NCBI GenBank assembly: GCA_043228905.1
Contig: JBHGNT010000003.1
Location: 1,550,001-1,614,000 of the forward strand
DNA length: 64,000 nucleotides
Origin: Azolla caroliniana
Taxonomy: Eukaryota > Plantae > Polypodiophyta
Direction: 5' to 3'
Positions 1 to 15,090 of this stretch are shown one piece after another. Position 1 is the stretch's first letter, and each line of letters opens with the position of its first letter. The notes beneath the pieces were generated by a model. It did no database searches. It was not told the DNA's origin and saw nothing but the letters and a program-made list of their open reading frames with translations. The translations under genes were made by a program, and so were the position numbers.

Positions 1-427
1 ACAAAAAGACCATTTCCAATTAAAGAGACAGTAAAGGAGTATGTATGCAGGCATGCATGGATATATGGATGTCACATATGCATGTATGCATGGATATATG
101 GATGCACACATAGTACGTAATATTCGTGTTCGTTAGCCCAAACATTCGTCTTCTGTTGTTTCGAATGCGTATATTATGAAAACATTCTTGTGTTGTTTTT
201 TTTTACACTTTTTACCTTAATTTACGTTAACTTTCTTACCCAAAAAAAAAAACCTTATAATAAATAACAATTGCAAAAGTATGGTATTTACCATACTTCG
301 AGGGTGTTTTTCTTACACGAATGATAAGAATGTTCGCGAATGCGAATGCACGAATTGTACATATGCTTCATACTATGGATCATGCACGCATGCATGTGTG
401 TATGTAATTCATTGTAATGAAGATTAC

Positions 428-2822
<2,395 letters not shown>

Positions 2823-3648
2823 TGCTTTCCTTTTTTTCTCTGTTTCCCTTCTCTTCTTCAGCTATGAATTCATTCAGCAAAACTATGGATCAGAACAACA
2901 AAACCTAAAAAGGAGATGCTTTATTTAGGATTTTATTTCTTGGCTCATTCAGAAGGCCAACGACAGTTTCCCATTTCTTTCCTCGACGTTCTTCTTCTTT
3001 TTCAGCTGTGAATTCACTCCGAAAACAGCTGGATCTTCATGAACGAACCTCTTATTCTTCAGCCAAAAATCCTAATGCATGAAAATCTTTTTCTGTATCA
3101 TATCATGAGAATTGACCCAATTTTACACTTAATCTGAGTAAAAAAATCTCTACAACCTCCCAATCTTCTGGATAAGAAAAAACCTAAACAGGTAAACAAG
3201 AGGCAGAGAATTTGCGCACGAGCTAAGCCGGCTCAAAAAATCTGAGCTCAAGTTAGCGAAATTAATGAGCCACTAGGCATGTATTTCATCGTCCAAGTGA
3301 ATTTAACAAGGCAAAAACAGGGGAGGGGAATTCGAGTTTCGGAACAGAGAATTATGGTTTCAGAGGGAGGAATTAGAAGCGGTTTCTCAGGTTAGTGACA
3401 GAAAAAGGGGGTTCAGAGAGGGCTGCAGAGAAAAAGAGGGAATTAGGGTTTATCTCCATAGAATTTAGGGTTTCTTAGGAGAAGGCAGAGTTCCGTAGAA
3501 CAGATTAGGGGCAGGATGAGCAGTGTCTATTGTGCCCGAGAATGACCGGCTATAGCCGGCAGCTCAGCCTGCCTTTTACCGGCACTGCCGGTCAGGCCGA
3601 CTTCCCTTTTAGACATGGTGAAAGGCCAAAAAGGGGGAGGTGGCGATG

Positions 3649-3675
3649 ACGTGGAGGACACGTGGATGCCACGTG
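3649..3675. promoter_or_regulatory. Cluster of three ACGT-core G-box/ABRE-like elements upstream of the CDPK
   Basis: ACGTGG 3649-3654, CACGTG 3659-3664 and CACGTG 3670-3675, just upstream of the pyrimidine-rich (minus strand) putative 5' UTR. Confidence 0.5.
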
Positions 3676-3789
3676 GGCTCATGGAGAACCATTCGATTGG
3701 TCCCTGGTGGAAACGGACACATATCGAGAAAAAACTATGAAGGATTAATCCTTGCTTGTCCATTCGATACCTTCCCGTGTTCGCCTAGC

Positions 3790-4040
3790 CTAATTCGAGC
3801 CGTTACAACCATTTCTAAACGGTTTGGCAGTTCCGTTCGGCTCAGTTCGGGCTTGAGCTTTGTAAATCGGTTTGAGCTCGGTTTGGCAAAGCTCAAGCCG
3901 ACCCGAACCAGATATGTCTAAACCAGTTTAAGGCTAAACGGTTTGTCCAAAGCAGTTCCTAAATCAGTGAAAGCTTAACTAGTTTGGTTCGGACAAGGCC
4001 AACCTGGTTAAGCCAAAACTGAACCATTGTTGATTCCTAG
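3790..4040. mobile_element. MITE/hAT-like fragment rich in AACCG/CGGTT and GAGCTC motifs
   Basis: Dense short inverted motifs (cggttt, aaccg, cgagc) like non-autonomous DNA transposon subtermini; termini not resolved. Confidence 0.35.
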
Positions 4041-7000
4041 TCGATGTTTATGAAGAGGGGAGTGGAGAGCCTTTCCCCCGAGACCACCAACAACGATCGA
4101 GGCTAGTAACCCATTTATGAACACCTAGGTTTCTTTAAGGTCATGACGTATACCTATGGTATGGCTTGTCTCGTGAGAAAATGGAAATCGGATTTGAATT
4201 TTATGTCCACGTGATAGTTGGGATCTCTTAACAACACACGTTGTTGTTTCCTATGAAGTCTTGCATTCTTATCAGATGAACGATCCCTCGCGAGTACAAA
4301 AACATCATCTCAAACTCTTAGGATGTACGTGTACAATTCACACCATCATGATATGTGTACCTTGAGACCATTCCTCATTTTTCTCCCTCAATTGTGAAGA
4401 GTATAATGACACTTTACATCAATCTTAATTATCGGGACAAGTTCATAAATTCACAACGTGTCCATATTCAAGGATTTTGAGTACTTGCTTTACTTCTCGT
4501 AACCATGGGATTCCAAACTAAGTAACGAGACACTTCCCAAAGATGAGTAAAATTTTGTTATGCCTACGGATTTGCAATATATAACATAAACACGAAATGT
4601 AATTGGCCTTCAACTTCAAGAGTTGTGGGTGGACAATTCGATTATGTTACATATGCCCAAGAATTTTAATGAATGAAAAAGGGAATGTTTTATTGTGCCT
4701 ATCTCCTCCTTTTGAGGTGCCTTGGAATTGCATGCATTTTTTGTTGTAACTCTATCATGAATGGTACCAAATGGTGGCATAGTGATGTCAAATTCAGGAT
4801 AAAGGAAAGAGAAACAACACAGGCAGGGAGATGAACAAACTTTTTTCTCCCCTAAATCCCTCTTCTTCACCCCTTCCCTATCACTCGTGCTTTCAACCTA
4901 TTTCACATTTCTTTATTACCTAAGAAAATCTAAATCGAACCTTCTTCACATTGGGACATCACAAAGTTAATACTTTGTAGTCAATTTTTATCTATCCAGA
5001 AATATATGAGTCATGGAGTTGACCCCAAAGAGGAGACATTGCATCCAGTTTGGTGTATCTACTTGAAAAGGCTACCAAATAGAAGTTCTGAACCTCACCA
5101 TCAACATCATCGATAGAATTGAATCTCTTGACATCTACAAACATTTAAGGTCCCGTTGGTCATTTTGTATCCACCTATATGGAGCCATTATGCATTTAAC
5201 TAAAACAAATTTATGCATAAATAAATAACTAGCTTTTATTTTAGGGGGTTTAGGACACTCTCATGATATGTCCTATGTTTGTGCAAAGGTGTTCACTTGT
5301 AGCATAAGAATAAAAGTGAAGTCTTTAGAAAAACACAAGCAATCGTGGACTTGTTAGAGGCCTATACAAGAGTTTGTGTGGTTGATGTTGTCACTTATAT
5401 ATCAAGACTCCCATAAGTGTTTGAACCTCTAGTCTTTGAATTGTTTATCCATAGGAATTTCAAAAGGATGAGTTAGAAAAAAACAAAATGACAACAAGTT
5501 TCAACAACTATGTTTGAGGAACACCTTGGTGGATCTTCCACGATGATACACTGGTCTAACACACAATTAGAAGAACGATCGCACGTTGCCATCAAAAACC
5601 AATAATAAAGAGTGTTAGCATATTGTTTAAACTACTTTAGAAGACAAGTCAACTAAGATCTAAAAGACACGTTATCGAAATTTATATGTGGTGAACAACT
5701 CTAAGAGGGGTCCATAATTGTTAGGATGTACAATTGTATTGACACCTTTAACTCAAGGTTGAAGATTTTAAATACCAATTTCTGAAGATAAAGTAAAGCT
5801 TATCAATATATATCATGGGAAAGATAGGCATTTGTCCATTACATTGGAATTTGTGCAGAGGCATACATTTTGGAAATATATCATGGTACTTCATAGTTAT
5901 ATTCTCAACAAGATAAAACCTTAAACTCCTAAAACTAAACTAAAAATGTAGGAATGCTCATTTGAAATGTAGAAGTAAAACATATATTTGAGTGGATAAT
6001 GAATTAGGAGATTAGTTTCTAATTAAAAAGTAGGGCTTGTATCGATTACAAAAAAAACTAAAAAACAACTTCTAGACACCTCCGAGTTTGAGGAAGCATA
6101 TATGTAGGGTGATTATATACATAATCAAGCATATTTTTCACAAACATTCGAAAGATATGGCTTGGGTCAGTCACTGCTAAATATCCATTCAACATAATAA
6201 AGAATAGTTGGCTACATGCATTTATTGATTGTGAGAATTTTCCTTAGATTCACATGTTTTTTATGTGTCCATATCATCGCTGTAAATTGTAATATAAGTG
6301 TCGTGTCACCCCAATGCTTTTGGTGCTTGTGTATTGGAACACTTGGCGCTAGTTGGTTTGTTAGTAATGAGTAGCATACCATCCTAATGTAATCGATCAT
6401 TTAAGAAAAAACATCATACATTGAATTTATGAGCCTTTGATAAATATTCCGTTCACAAACTATCCTCTGGAAGTTGCATTTAATTAGCCTCACATTATGT
6501 CAGATGTGAGGTTAGTTAAATGAGGCACCAACTTTGCTAGTTCACAACATGGGAAGGCTATTTATGATGAATTCGCCAGTGAATCTCCAACCGTAGTAAA
6601 ATTTTATATAGATTTTGCAAAGGGATGACTGAACAAAGGGATGAACTTTAGAATTTCACAAACAATTTCTTCAAATGTTTCATTTAAACATCTCTCAAAT
6701 GATATGGGAAGTGAGGAGAAAACATTTGCTTCAAACTCATCCAAAAACTTCACATGAATATACATATAAAATATTAGTATGTTGATTAATAATTGATAGC
6801 TATGATATCATAGAAGACTTGTAAGTAAATAAAAGATTAAAATAAAATATATGCAAAAGTCCATAGAATGATTGTTTTAGAAAACAGGGGCATTGCTTGT
6901 GTGAGCACCGCCCCTACATTGTCTTACAACCAAACATGCAATATTGGATAGAAAAAACATACATCGCTTGTTACATATACAAAAAACATTCCGAAAGGTG

Positions 7001-8719
7001 GATATTATTTGATTGATTAATCTAATAATACAATAAACTATTTGCTAAAGAATTATTGCATGGTGTACGCCAACTCAAATGTTGGTTCATTATTTAGTGG
7101 TCGTCACACTCTTTCACCTTGACAACATGCGTTGTGCATATGTTGACCTCTTTGAAATTAAGTGGAAACCAAGAAACGATATGACACATTGTTTTCTTAA
7201 TAAACATTGATAAAATTTGGTATACTAACATTTAGCCTTGATAAAACGAAAGATCCCAAATTCACATGTAGGATAATATGTTCCATTACAACTTTAGATT
7301 TGACATGTGAGGGTGCTTTTGTCATATTTGGGACATTGGTTTGTATGTCTTCCTTGGACTTGCCATTTCAACAACAATCTCCTTTGTATTGTTGAGACTC
7401 TTTTAGTATATGCTTATAAATTATAATATATCCATTGGCACATTAAGGTTAGTGTATTCATCGAATATATTTTGTCAATCATCATAAATTGGGCGAAAGT
7501 TCAACGCAATGCCAATATTAAAAATTTAGAACTTGATATATGTGATGATTGCAAACATTACATAAGGAGCCCATTAGGGTCTTTTTCTACTAAAATTGAG
7601 CAACATTGATCTGTTATACATTTAACAACGATATAATAACACATATCAAAGTAGCACATATATTTAATAAAAGCAAACAATAATATATGTTGGAGAATTC
7701 ATCAACGACCACTTATTGTGATTTATAAAGAATGAGAGGATATTTTGTATACCAATATATCTGGCACAAGGCAATTGACAATACGTACGTTATGTCATCC
7801 TATCAAAGAGAACATTTAACATCCTCAGGCCGAATTGGTGACATGATTGACATTGGGAATCTCAAATATAAGACAAAGAGGCCATGTCGAAATACATTTG
7901 CTCACCGATTCTAATCCTTATAATAATGTCATATACCTACTTGCAGTTGAACTCGTGTTCTTACACATGATTTAATATTATCTTAGGATATGTAAAAACT
8001 TTCTCAACTTGCACAATCTTGATCTTTGCATCATGCGATTCTTGTCTTGCTTTGCCTTTTTACACAGTGTATACCTAGATGGTGTAAGGCAAAGCCTACT
8101 CATATTTAAGTGTCCTAGAATGATGACTTTGTAAGTTAGACCAAAACAACATGGCCTTGGCTCTTCTACCAATCCTCCAATATATAGTCATCCCTCCATC
8201 ATCACAAATTATATATGCCAATTTGTTATGGTCTTTCTAGGGTTTGAACCTATGACCTTTGACTACTCTAGCCCAAATTTTGAAAATTAATAGAAAAGAA
8301 CATTAATGGAAAGTTATGGGTGATAATATCATCTTTGATCTCTAAACCAAACATGCCTACTCAACCGAAATATCCTTGTCATGGCCACCCTCCAAGAACT
8401 ACAATAGGAGAATGCACAACTATGGGACTTTCTTCAAGATATGGCAAAAGCTCTAAACCCCTGGCATTCACTCATAATTTTATAGTTTCATGAATATGGG
8501 TTTGTATTCACTCTAAGGTATAATATAATGACCATATTTGGTGTTATGGGGTGCCAATTTGGGTTTTGTATTTCTCTAAGTTGTTTGCTTGGGGATGGTT
8601 GGTATGGTTAAACCCTTTAACCCAGTATTTTCATAATTTTTTTACCATTGGTATTTGACTATAATATATCTCTCTTGCTTAAATACTGCTCAACCTTCAC
8701 GATGAAGCTCACATCAACG

Positions 8720-10920
8720 TTTTTTTTTCCCAAAATGAAGCTACTTTTCCATTAGTTAGGAATGATTATTACAAGAGACTGTACAAGGAGGCTTATACAC
8801 AAATCGGGAATCTCCCTCCGATCAAGTTCAAGAAAATGAGACTACTTACATAGCCTTTCAGACTGACTACTTAAGGTAAGTAGATACCTATAGCTAAAAA
8901 CGACGCCCTTCAGTGTTGGCTAGTATGAGCCAACTCATGGGGCCTACGATGAAGGGAGGGTGGCATCTGAGTCAGAAATAGCTAGCGTGGGGGCTGGTAG
9001 TTCCACCTCGGGCCACTTCCTCCTTGTGTCACCATAGGCGTGTTCTGCCATTTCTGCCAAAAGCACAAACGGGCAGTGACCACGTCATTGGAATGGCTGC
9101 AAACCTCGTCCAATTGCCCTCGTAGACAACTGATAAGCGCAAACCATATGTCCATGATCACTTCCTTTAGGGGCCGTACCAAATCTTGGAAGACCTTTAG
9201 GCAACGCGCTTTCCATACATACCACAGGGTGACGCTTGCGATTAGCATCCAAATTCCCAGGAACCTAGGGGATGCAGACTGCAAGCCTCTCTCAAAATGA
9301 ATCTTGACGATTTTGCCTCTCGTGCATATGTAGCACCAACTATTTGCATTGAAGGCGTCCGTCCACCTATCAACGGAGTGATCAATCCATGCGGCAACAC
9401 TCCACGATGTTGTTCCTTCCGCATCACATGCCGCAAGGAGGCGAGTCACTCTATCCCATACCTTTTGAGCTTGAGGGAAATCCCACAGACAATGTCTCAG
9501 AGTCTCAATAGGTGAAGAGAGAAGTGGGCAACCTAACGGGCCGCCACGTTTACCTAGCCATTCGCCAACGGGAACCACATTATGACCGATCTGCCACCAA
9601 AAGAGCTTGATCTTTTTAGGCACGTGGAGACGCTAGAGACCCTTCCAAAAGGTAATGAGCACCTCATCTGGGATGCCCAATGTTCGCCAACCATTGCTTA
9701 AGGGGCCGTCTAGTTGCATTTGTAAAGTCCGGCCCAATTTAGTGTTGTACTCGAAGAAATGGCGGAATCTGCCATCATGTTTCCACCTCAAATTCCCTGG
9801 GTCCTATTCTAGTTCGACGAGGGGACGACAACCATATACCCATAACTTCCAATGGGGTTCCACCTTAGCAACATCTGGGTCTGTCTTCCAAATGTTATCA
9901 ACCTGCGCCACCACTCGGATTGGGGGCTAAGAGCCCCTCCTTTGACTTTCCCCAAAAATTGTATCTCTTCCTAATCCACTCACGCCCTTCAACAACTTAA
10001 CCATTCTAGCCTCTATTTGACAAGAGTGCAAATGATGATCATGAAGCAAAGCTGAAGCAACAGTGTGGAGGTCAATTTACCTCCAAAACAGCTATTGGAA
10101 AAGAAGCATTCAGGATGCCATGCATTCAGGATTAGACCAAACATTTGTACGGAATGTGTTTGAATTGCAGAATAAATATCTGCAATAGGTGAGTAATGCT
10201 TTGTACATCATTCCCTTTTTCACAAGGCTCTAAAGGAAGCTTTTGAAGTTTTTTGTAACAACAGTGTTGCTAGAAGCAGCAACGCTGACCTATTGGTTGT
10301 ATTTTGTAGCAGATACACTTTTTAAAACTAATGGGAGGATATCTTGTTTGGAAAAAAAAAAAAAAAAAACTTAACCATTCCAGCCTCATCAAAGAGACCG
10401 AACCATGCATCTTCTCTCACCTCCCCCATCGGAACCCTATCAACTGCCTCATCTATCAATCTCCACATTTTTATGGCTCCGTTGAGGAGAGGGAACAGAG
10501 CCTCTTGGGCTCCTCCTGAAGCCACAATGCGTCTCCAATCATCTATAGAGTGGAGCCCTGACTGCGCCAACTTTCCCCATGCTAGGCCCTTAAGCTGTCC
10601 TAACATCATGTCGTCATTTGTTCGCACTTGAGGGTTCCAAAATAATGGTTGTCTAGACCACTCGATTAGTGTCTCCGGGGTGTGCTTGACCAAATGATGT
10701 TGTACGTGACACCATGCCCGCAAGATGGAGTTCGTGACCCTGTCCTCCGGTTGACAAGCCATCTTGGGTGGGACTCTGCTCATGCAACCAAAAAATCAAA
10801 AACTTGGCATGAAAAAACTATGTCACCTCCACCGTCATGCAAAAGCGCGCCGAGTCTATGCATATGTGGGTGGAACCATCGAGGTTTTGGACTAAGAGAT
10901 AAGCATGACAAAGGATTTTG
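8720..10920 (-). mobile_element. 5'-truncated L1-type LINE (3' ORF2 with zf-RVT region and poly(A) tail), interrupted by a retrocopy at 10014-10367
   Basis: ORF 8982-9623 has PKKIKLFWWQ...CP...ETLRHCLWDFPQAQKVW...LWYVWKARC. Further ORF2 remnants lie at 9650-10783. The T-run at 8720-8728 is poly(A) on the minus strand. Confidence 0.85.
10014..10367 (+). pseudogene. CUL1: Processed, segment-permuted Cullin-1 retrocopy fragment with poly(A) tail and about 20-bp TSD
   Basis: Translates to (L)[24 protein letters not shown], then [54 protein letters not shown], both recognisable CUL1 segments. A18 at 10352-10369. TSD aacttaaccattc(t/c)agcctc at 9994-10013 and 10368-10387. Confidence 0.85.
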
Positions 10921-11099
10921 AACCCCTAACATTTGTTTTAGAAACAAAACATATCAAGAGAAGCAAGATAAGATGAAAATTAAGTCAATACAAAGTAGAA
11001 TTATTTCCTGTAGAATTATTGGATATTAGATATATCCACTAAAAAAACAAAGTGAGAAATTCAATTTTAGTGTGAAATTGGTGATCTAAAATTATGAAG

Positions 11100-12900
11100 A
11101 AAGTTCACTGCCCCAAAAATCAACTACTTGTTCTATCACAAAGAAACTCAACCCTATCATCTCTACCTTTAATGACTGGCAACCCTACTTGGGTGAAGTA
11201 CAACACCATGTTCAAGTGGTGACTTACCATGAGAATCCGATCTACCTTACCCCCGCTAAAAATTTGAATTGGAGATAGCTCCGATAGTTGAAATTTCTCG
11301 TTATGACTTCAATATCAATTTTAAACCTCAAAATTGGAAGGTCGATGCCCTTTCTAAATCGTTGAGTTTGGAACCTGACTCGAGGGACACTACTTATACA
11401 CAACAATCGCACTTCTTATTGAAACTTGATTAGCTCCAAGCATTTGGAACTAGCATAGTGTAGAAAGATTCTTTACTCAATGCCGACTCCAGCGAGACCA
11501 CGGGGGACCTAAACCGAAGAGGACATTCGCCAATTGAGAAGATTCTTTTAACCGCTTCGTTGTTCTCATTGTGCAACAATTTGAATGTAAGAAATGACGT
11601 CAACATAGGCGATGACACAAACAAAGGAGTTAATGCAAAAGATGGAGTCGATGTGAACGAAAGACAACGATGCGAACATAGGAATCAAGTTAAATGATGG
11701 TACACTTGAGGAGACGAAGATGATGATGTAGCCCAAAATTCCTAATGGTATGCTCCCAACCAAAAAATGAGCGACCCCAAAATAAATCCTTTTCTCTTTT
11801 TTTATAGAGGAAGAGGCTCTTATTTTTCATGTTTTTTCCCCCTTTCTTGCCCGGAAATTACAAAAGAAAATGTCTTTAATAAATTCTATTAGAGATTTGA
11901 ACTCTATACTTCTTGTAAAGTGTCAACACTCTTAATCACTTACTTTTATTTGATGTTTTTTTATAACTCTTAATAGACGCCCTTATTATTCACTTTCTAC
12001 CTATGGGCCCACCACATCACAACAACACGATAACTATGACACTTGCAATCGATAAATTTGCAAATGAGCTCAAGGTGAGCCTCAACAACCAAACTAAGAG
12101 GGCCAATAAGTTGGATGACCTCAATTAATTCAAAGTCTAGGATGCATTATTGTTTAGAGATAATTTCCTTGATGTCCTAAAATGTTCATGCCAAACTTGG
12201 ATATTGCAAGAATGTCACAAAAACCTTCTCGTTGTCCATTTTGGCGTTTACTCTGGGCTGGACATAGCCACAAACACAGGGGTGTCCGTTCCGGACACTT
12301 CACCAAAGGGTGGCTAAGGGAATGAGGTTATCCGACACAGATCCGATTCAATCCGGTTATTATCCGGATACTCTCCGGATGATTAATACACAACCGATTA
12401 ATAAAAACACACGTAAGATTATGATTGAATGTGCAGATGGCAAGTAAGTAAGAGACAACATAGAATTAAAGTAGAACGCTCAAACTTGTATTACTTCCGC
12501 CTCTAATTACATCGATTCCTGGTTCCTTTTATAGGCATCCGATTGGAAATACAAAACGGTGCCTCACCGGCAATCGGCTATCAATCGGTCCAGATCCGGA
12601 TCGGTACAACTATTCTGGATCCATATGTTCCAATCATATTTCTAATTAATAATTAATCTAATTATAATATCTGACTCATCCCTTTCCACATTTATCCTCC
12701 GGATCATAGTCTGGCCAATTGGTCTTTTAAGAGTATTGGAAGTCGCAACCTTGGAATTTTGTCAATGAATTCATCAAGACTTGTCATGTTTGTGCTCAAG
12801 CTAAGGTTGCTCACAATTGGTTGTACAACTTGCTAGCCATCCATTTTGGAGTCATGAAAACCTTGGAATTGGCCTCTCAAGAGTATTGGAAGCCATTATT
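11100..12900 (+). mobile_element. Highly degenerate Gypsy pol remnant (RNase H and integrase zinc-binding region) related to element B, broken by insertions
   Basis: 11101-11420 resembles B 35858-36200 (KFT..INY...KEL...WQPYL...HHVQVVT). 12155-12248 and 12712-12830 resemble B 36370-36600 (ECH..HFG, YW..PW, C..C). Confidence 0.6.
12254..12706 (-). mobile_element. Probable solo LTR (453 bp)
   Basis: TG...CA termini; near-TSD tactc (12249-12253) and tagtc (12707-12711); TATA-like ctataaaa on the minus strand near 12530; interrupts the Gypsy remnant. Confidence 0.55.
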
Positions 12901-12927
12901 ATGATGTAATGAGGTCAAAGGTAGAAA

Positions 12928-13445
12928 GTGGGAAAAGAAAGGGTGGAAGCGCGTGGAGAAAAGGGAGGAGAATTAGACTTAGAATTTTATATCGTCCATA
13001 AAGAGGTCAATTTTGACCTATGGGACTAGAGTGTACATATGTTCTTGATATGCATCTCCTTCCTAAGAAGGGGTATTTAACAATCGGCAACAGTTCGATT
13101 TGAACTGAACCGAACTATGACTTAACAGTTTAAACGGTTCGTTTCGTTTCGGTTTCAACAGTTAGAAACCGTGGTTTAAACGGTTTAACGGGTGGGAAAA
13201 GAAAGGGTGGAAGCGCGTGGAGAAAAGGTGGGAGAATTAGAATTAGAATTTTTTATCATCCATAAAGATGTCAATTTTGACCTAGGGGACTAGAGTATAC
13301 GTGTGTTCTTGATATGTGTCTCCTTCCTAAGAAGGGGTATTTAACAATCGGCAACTGTTCGATTTGAACCGAACCGAACTGCGATTTAATGGTTTAAACG
13401 GTTCGGTTTCAATAGTTAGAAACTGCGGTTTAATGGTTTAACGGT
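12928..13445. repeat. Direct tandem duplication, period about 264 bp, including an AACCG/CGGTT-rich MITE-like end
   Basis: gtgggaaaagaaagggtggaagcgcgtggagaaaagg starts at 12928 and at 13192, and similarity continues through each unit. Confidence 0.85.
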
Positions 13446-13714
13446 ATTTATTTATTTATTTTGTAATTTTAAAAAAATAAAATAAAAAAGTAAAAAATTA
13501 TTTTAAAACAATCTTTTCATTTTCAAGTCTTATTCTCACATTTTTGGAAAATATTGAAAACATTGAAAATTTAAAATAATGAAATATTTTAATTTTAAAA
13601 ATTAAAAATTTGAAATTTGACCTAACTTGAAAACTGAAACTGAACCATGAAACTGCAGTTTTAATGATTCCAAAATTTTTAAATGGTTTGGTTTTTCGGG
13701 GTTTGCTTCAGGTT

Positions 13715-15090
13715 CATACATTGAAGCACAAAGGCTCTATGTGTGAATAAAGCATACACATATGAGCTCAACCTTCTAAGTGGTGTCTTAAGTATGACAC
13801 TTAAGTTATCACTCCCTCTTAGTATGTTAGCATATCTTGAATAAATTGCACTATATGTCGAGCATGTGAAGAGCAAGTGACATTCATCCTCTACCATGCC
13901 TTCATTGCATACTTTACATGCCTTCAAATTCGTTACATTTTGATACCATGATGCAACTTCAATACCTAACTTGTGAGATCAAGTGTGAAGTAGTGTAAGG
14001 GCTCTATGAGCATTACTACTCATATTGGTAATGAGAAAAGATTGGATACGATCAATAGGCATTCTTGCTTTATATTGAGACCAACATTTAGGTTTGACAT
14101 TTGCAGTGTAGAATTCTAGCTTTGTCCTCTTAGCATCTTCCCACTTCATCCTTAATGATTCCACCAACCTTTCCTCAACCATTACATAATGCATAGCATC
14201 GCCCGAAAGCTCTAAAAGATCATCCACACCCCATCTTTTAAACCATTTCCTTATGTCAACAACCCAACCGGATGAGAGAATCTTACTCTTAGGATTCTTT
14301 TGTAGCTTACATCCGACATCCCAAGCAAGATGTGGTAATCGATAGTTCGGCATATTCTTGACTTTTGTAATGTATTTATATAGTTTTTGGAGTGCCTATA
14401 TTTCTATGGGTCGAACAGGTCCAGTTTCCAAGAGCATAACATGGTAAGAGGTAGTGCATTTAACTCCTAATTGCCTCCTTAAAAACATCTTTTGAATTTT
14501 CTCAATCTCATTCGATGCATTAAGAGAGATGGTCACACCCCATACTTCTACCCCATAAAGCAATACTTAAGTTACTATGGCATTGAACAACATTAGTTTT
14601 ACTTCCCATCCACAAGTATCACTTTGGTTGCATTGGTTCTCCAAAAGGTAATACGATTTCCAACTGGCTTGGAGCCTAGAATGAAAGCATGCACTCCATT
14701 TATTTGTGGCGGGTACATCAATACCAAGATATTTAAAGCTTCGAACAAACTCTATATGTTCACCTCTATATGTGAGCATAGGGTAATGATGAGGTTGGAT
14801 GGTTTGCACTACCATCATTTTTGTTTTCTCCACATTCACTGCTAGCCCACTACTATGGCAAAATTCTTCTAATACCCCAAGTAAATGTTGCATACTGTCA
14901 ACATCATATGAGAAGAGTAACACATCATTTGCATATTGAAGCAATAAGATAACATGTTGCACCAATTTGGAGGCATTCAATCCTTCTTCTCTTGCAACCT
15001 TATTCACCACGTCTTCTTATTTATCAATACATAAGCCAAAGAGTATGGGTGATAGTGAACATCCTTTCTTGACCCCCATGTTACTTAAAA
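13715..15090 (-). mobile_element. Degenerate non-L1 LINE (RTE/L2/Jockey-like) RT and C-terminal Cys/His region
   Basis: GVKKGCSLSP, LLQYANDV (degenerate YADD), GLAVNVEKTKMM, FKYLG, and C-terminal CKVC...EDECHLLFTC. Confidence 0.85.

Noticed and set aside
108-366. Possible MITE in the CDPK intron (ttcg/cgaa-rich ends)
   Set aside because: Inverted termini too degenerate and no clear TSD.
4200-8700. AT-rich region with possible decayed transposon coding remnants
   Set aside because: No motif or termini could be identified with confidence by eye.
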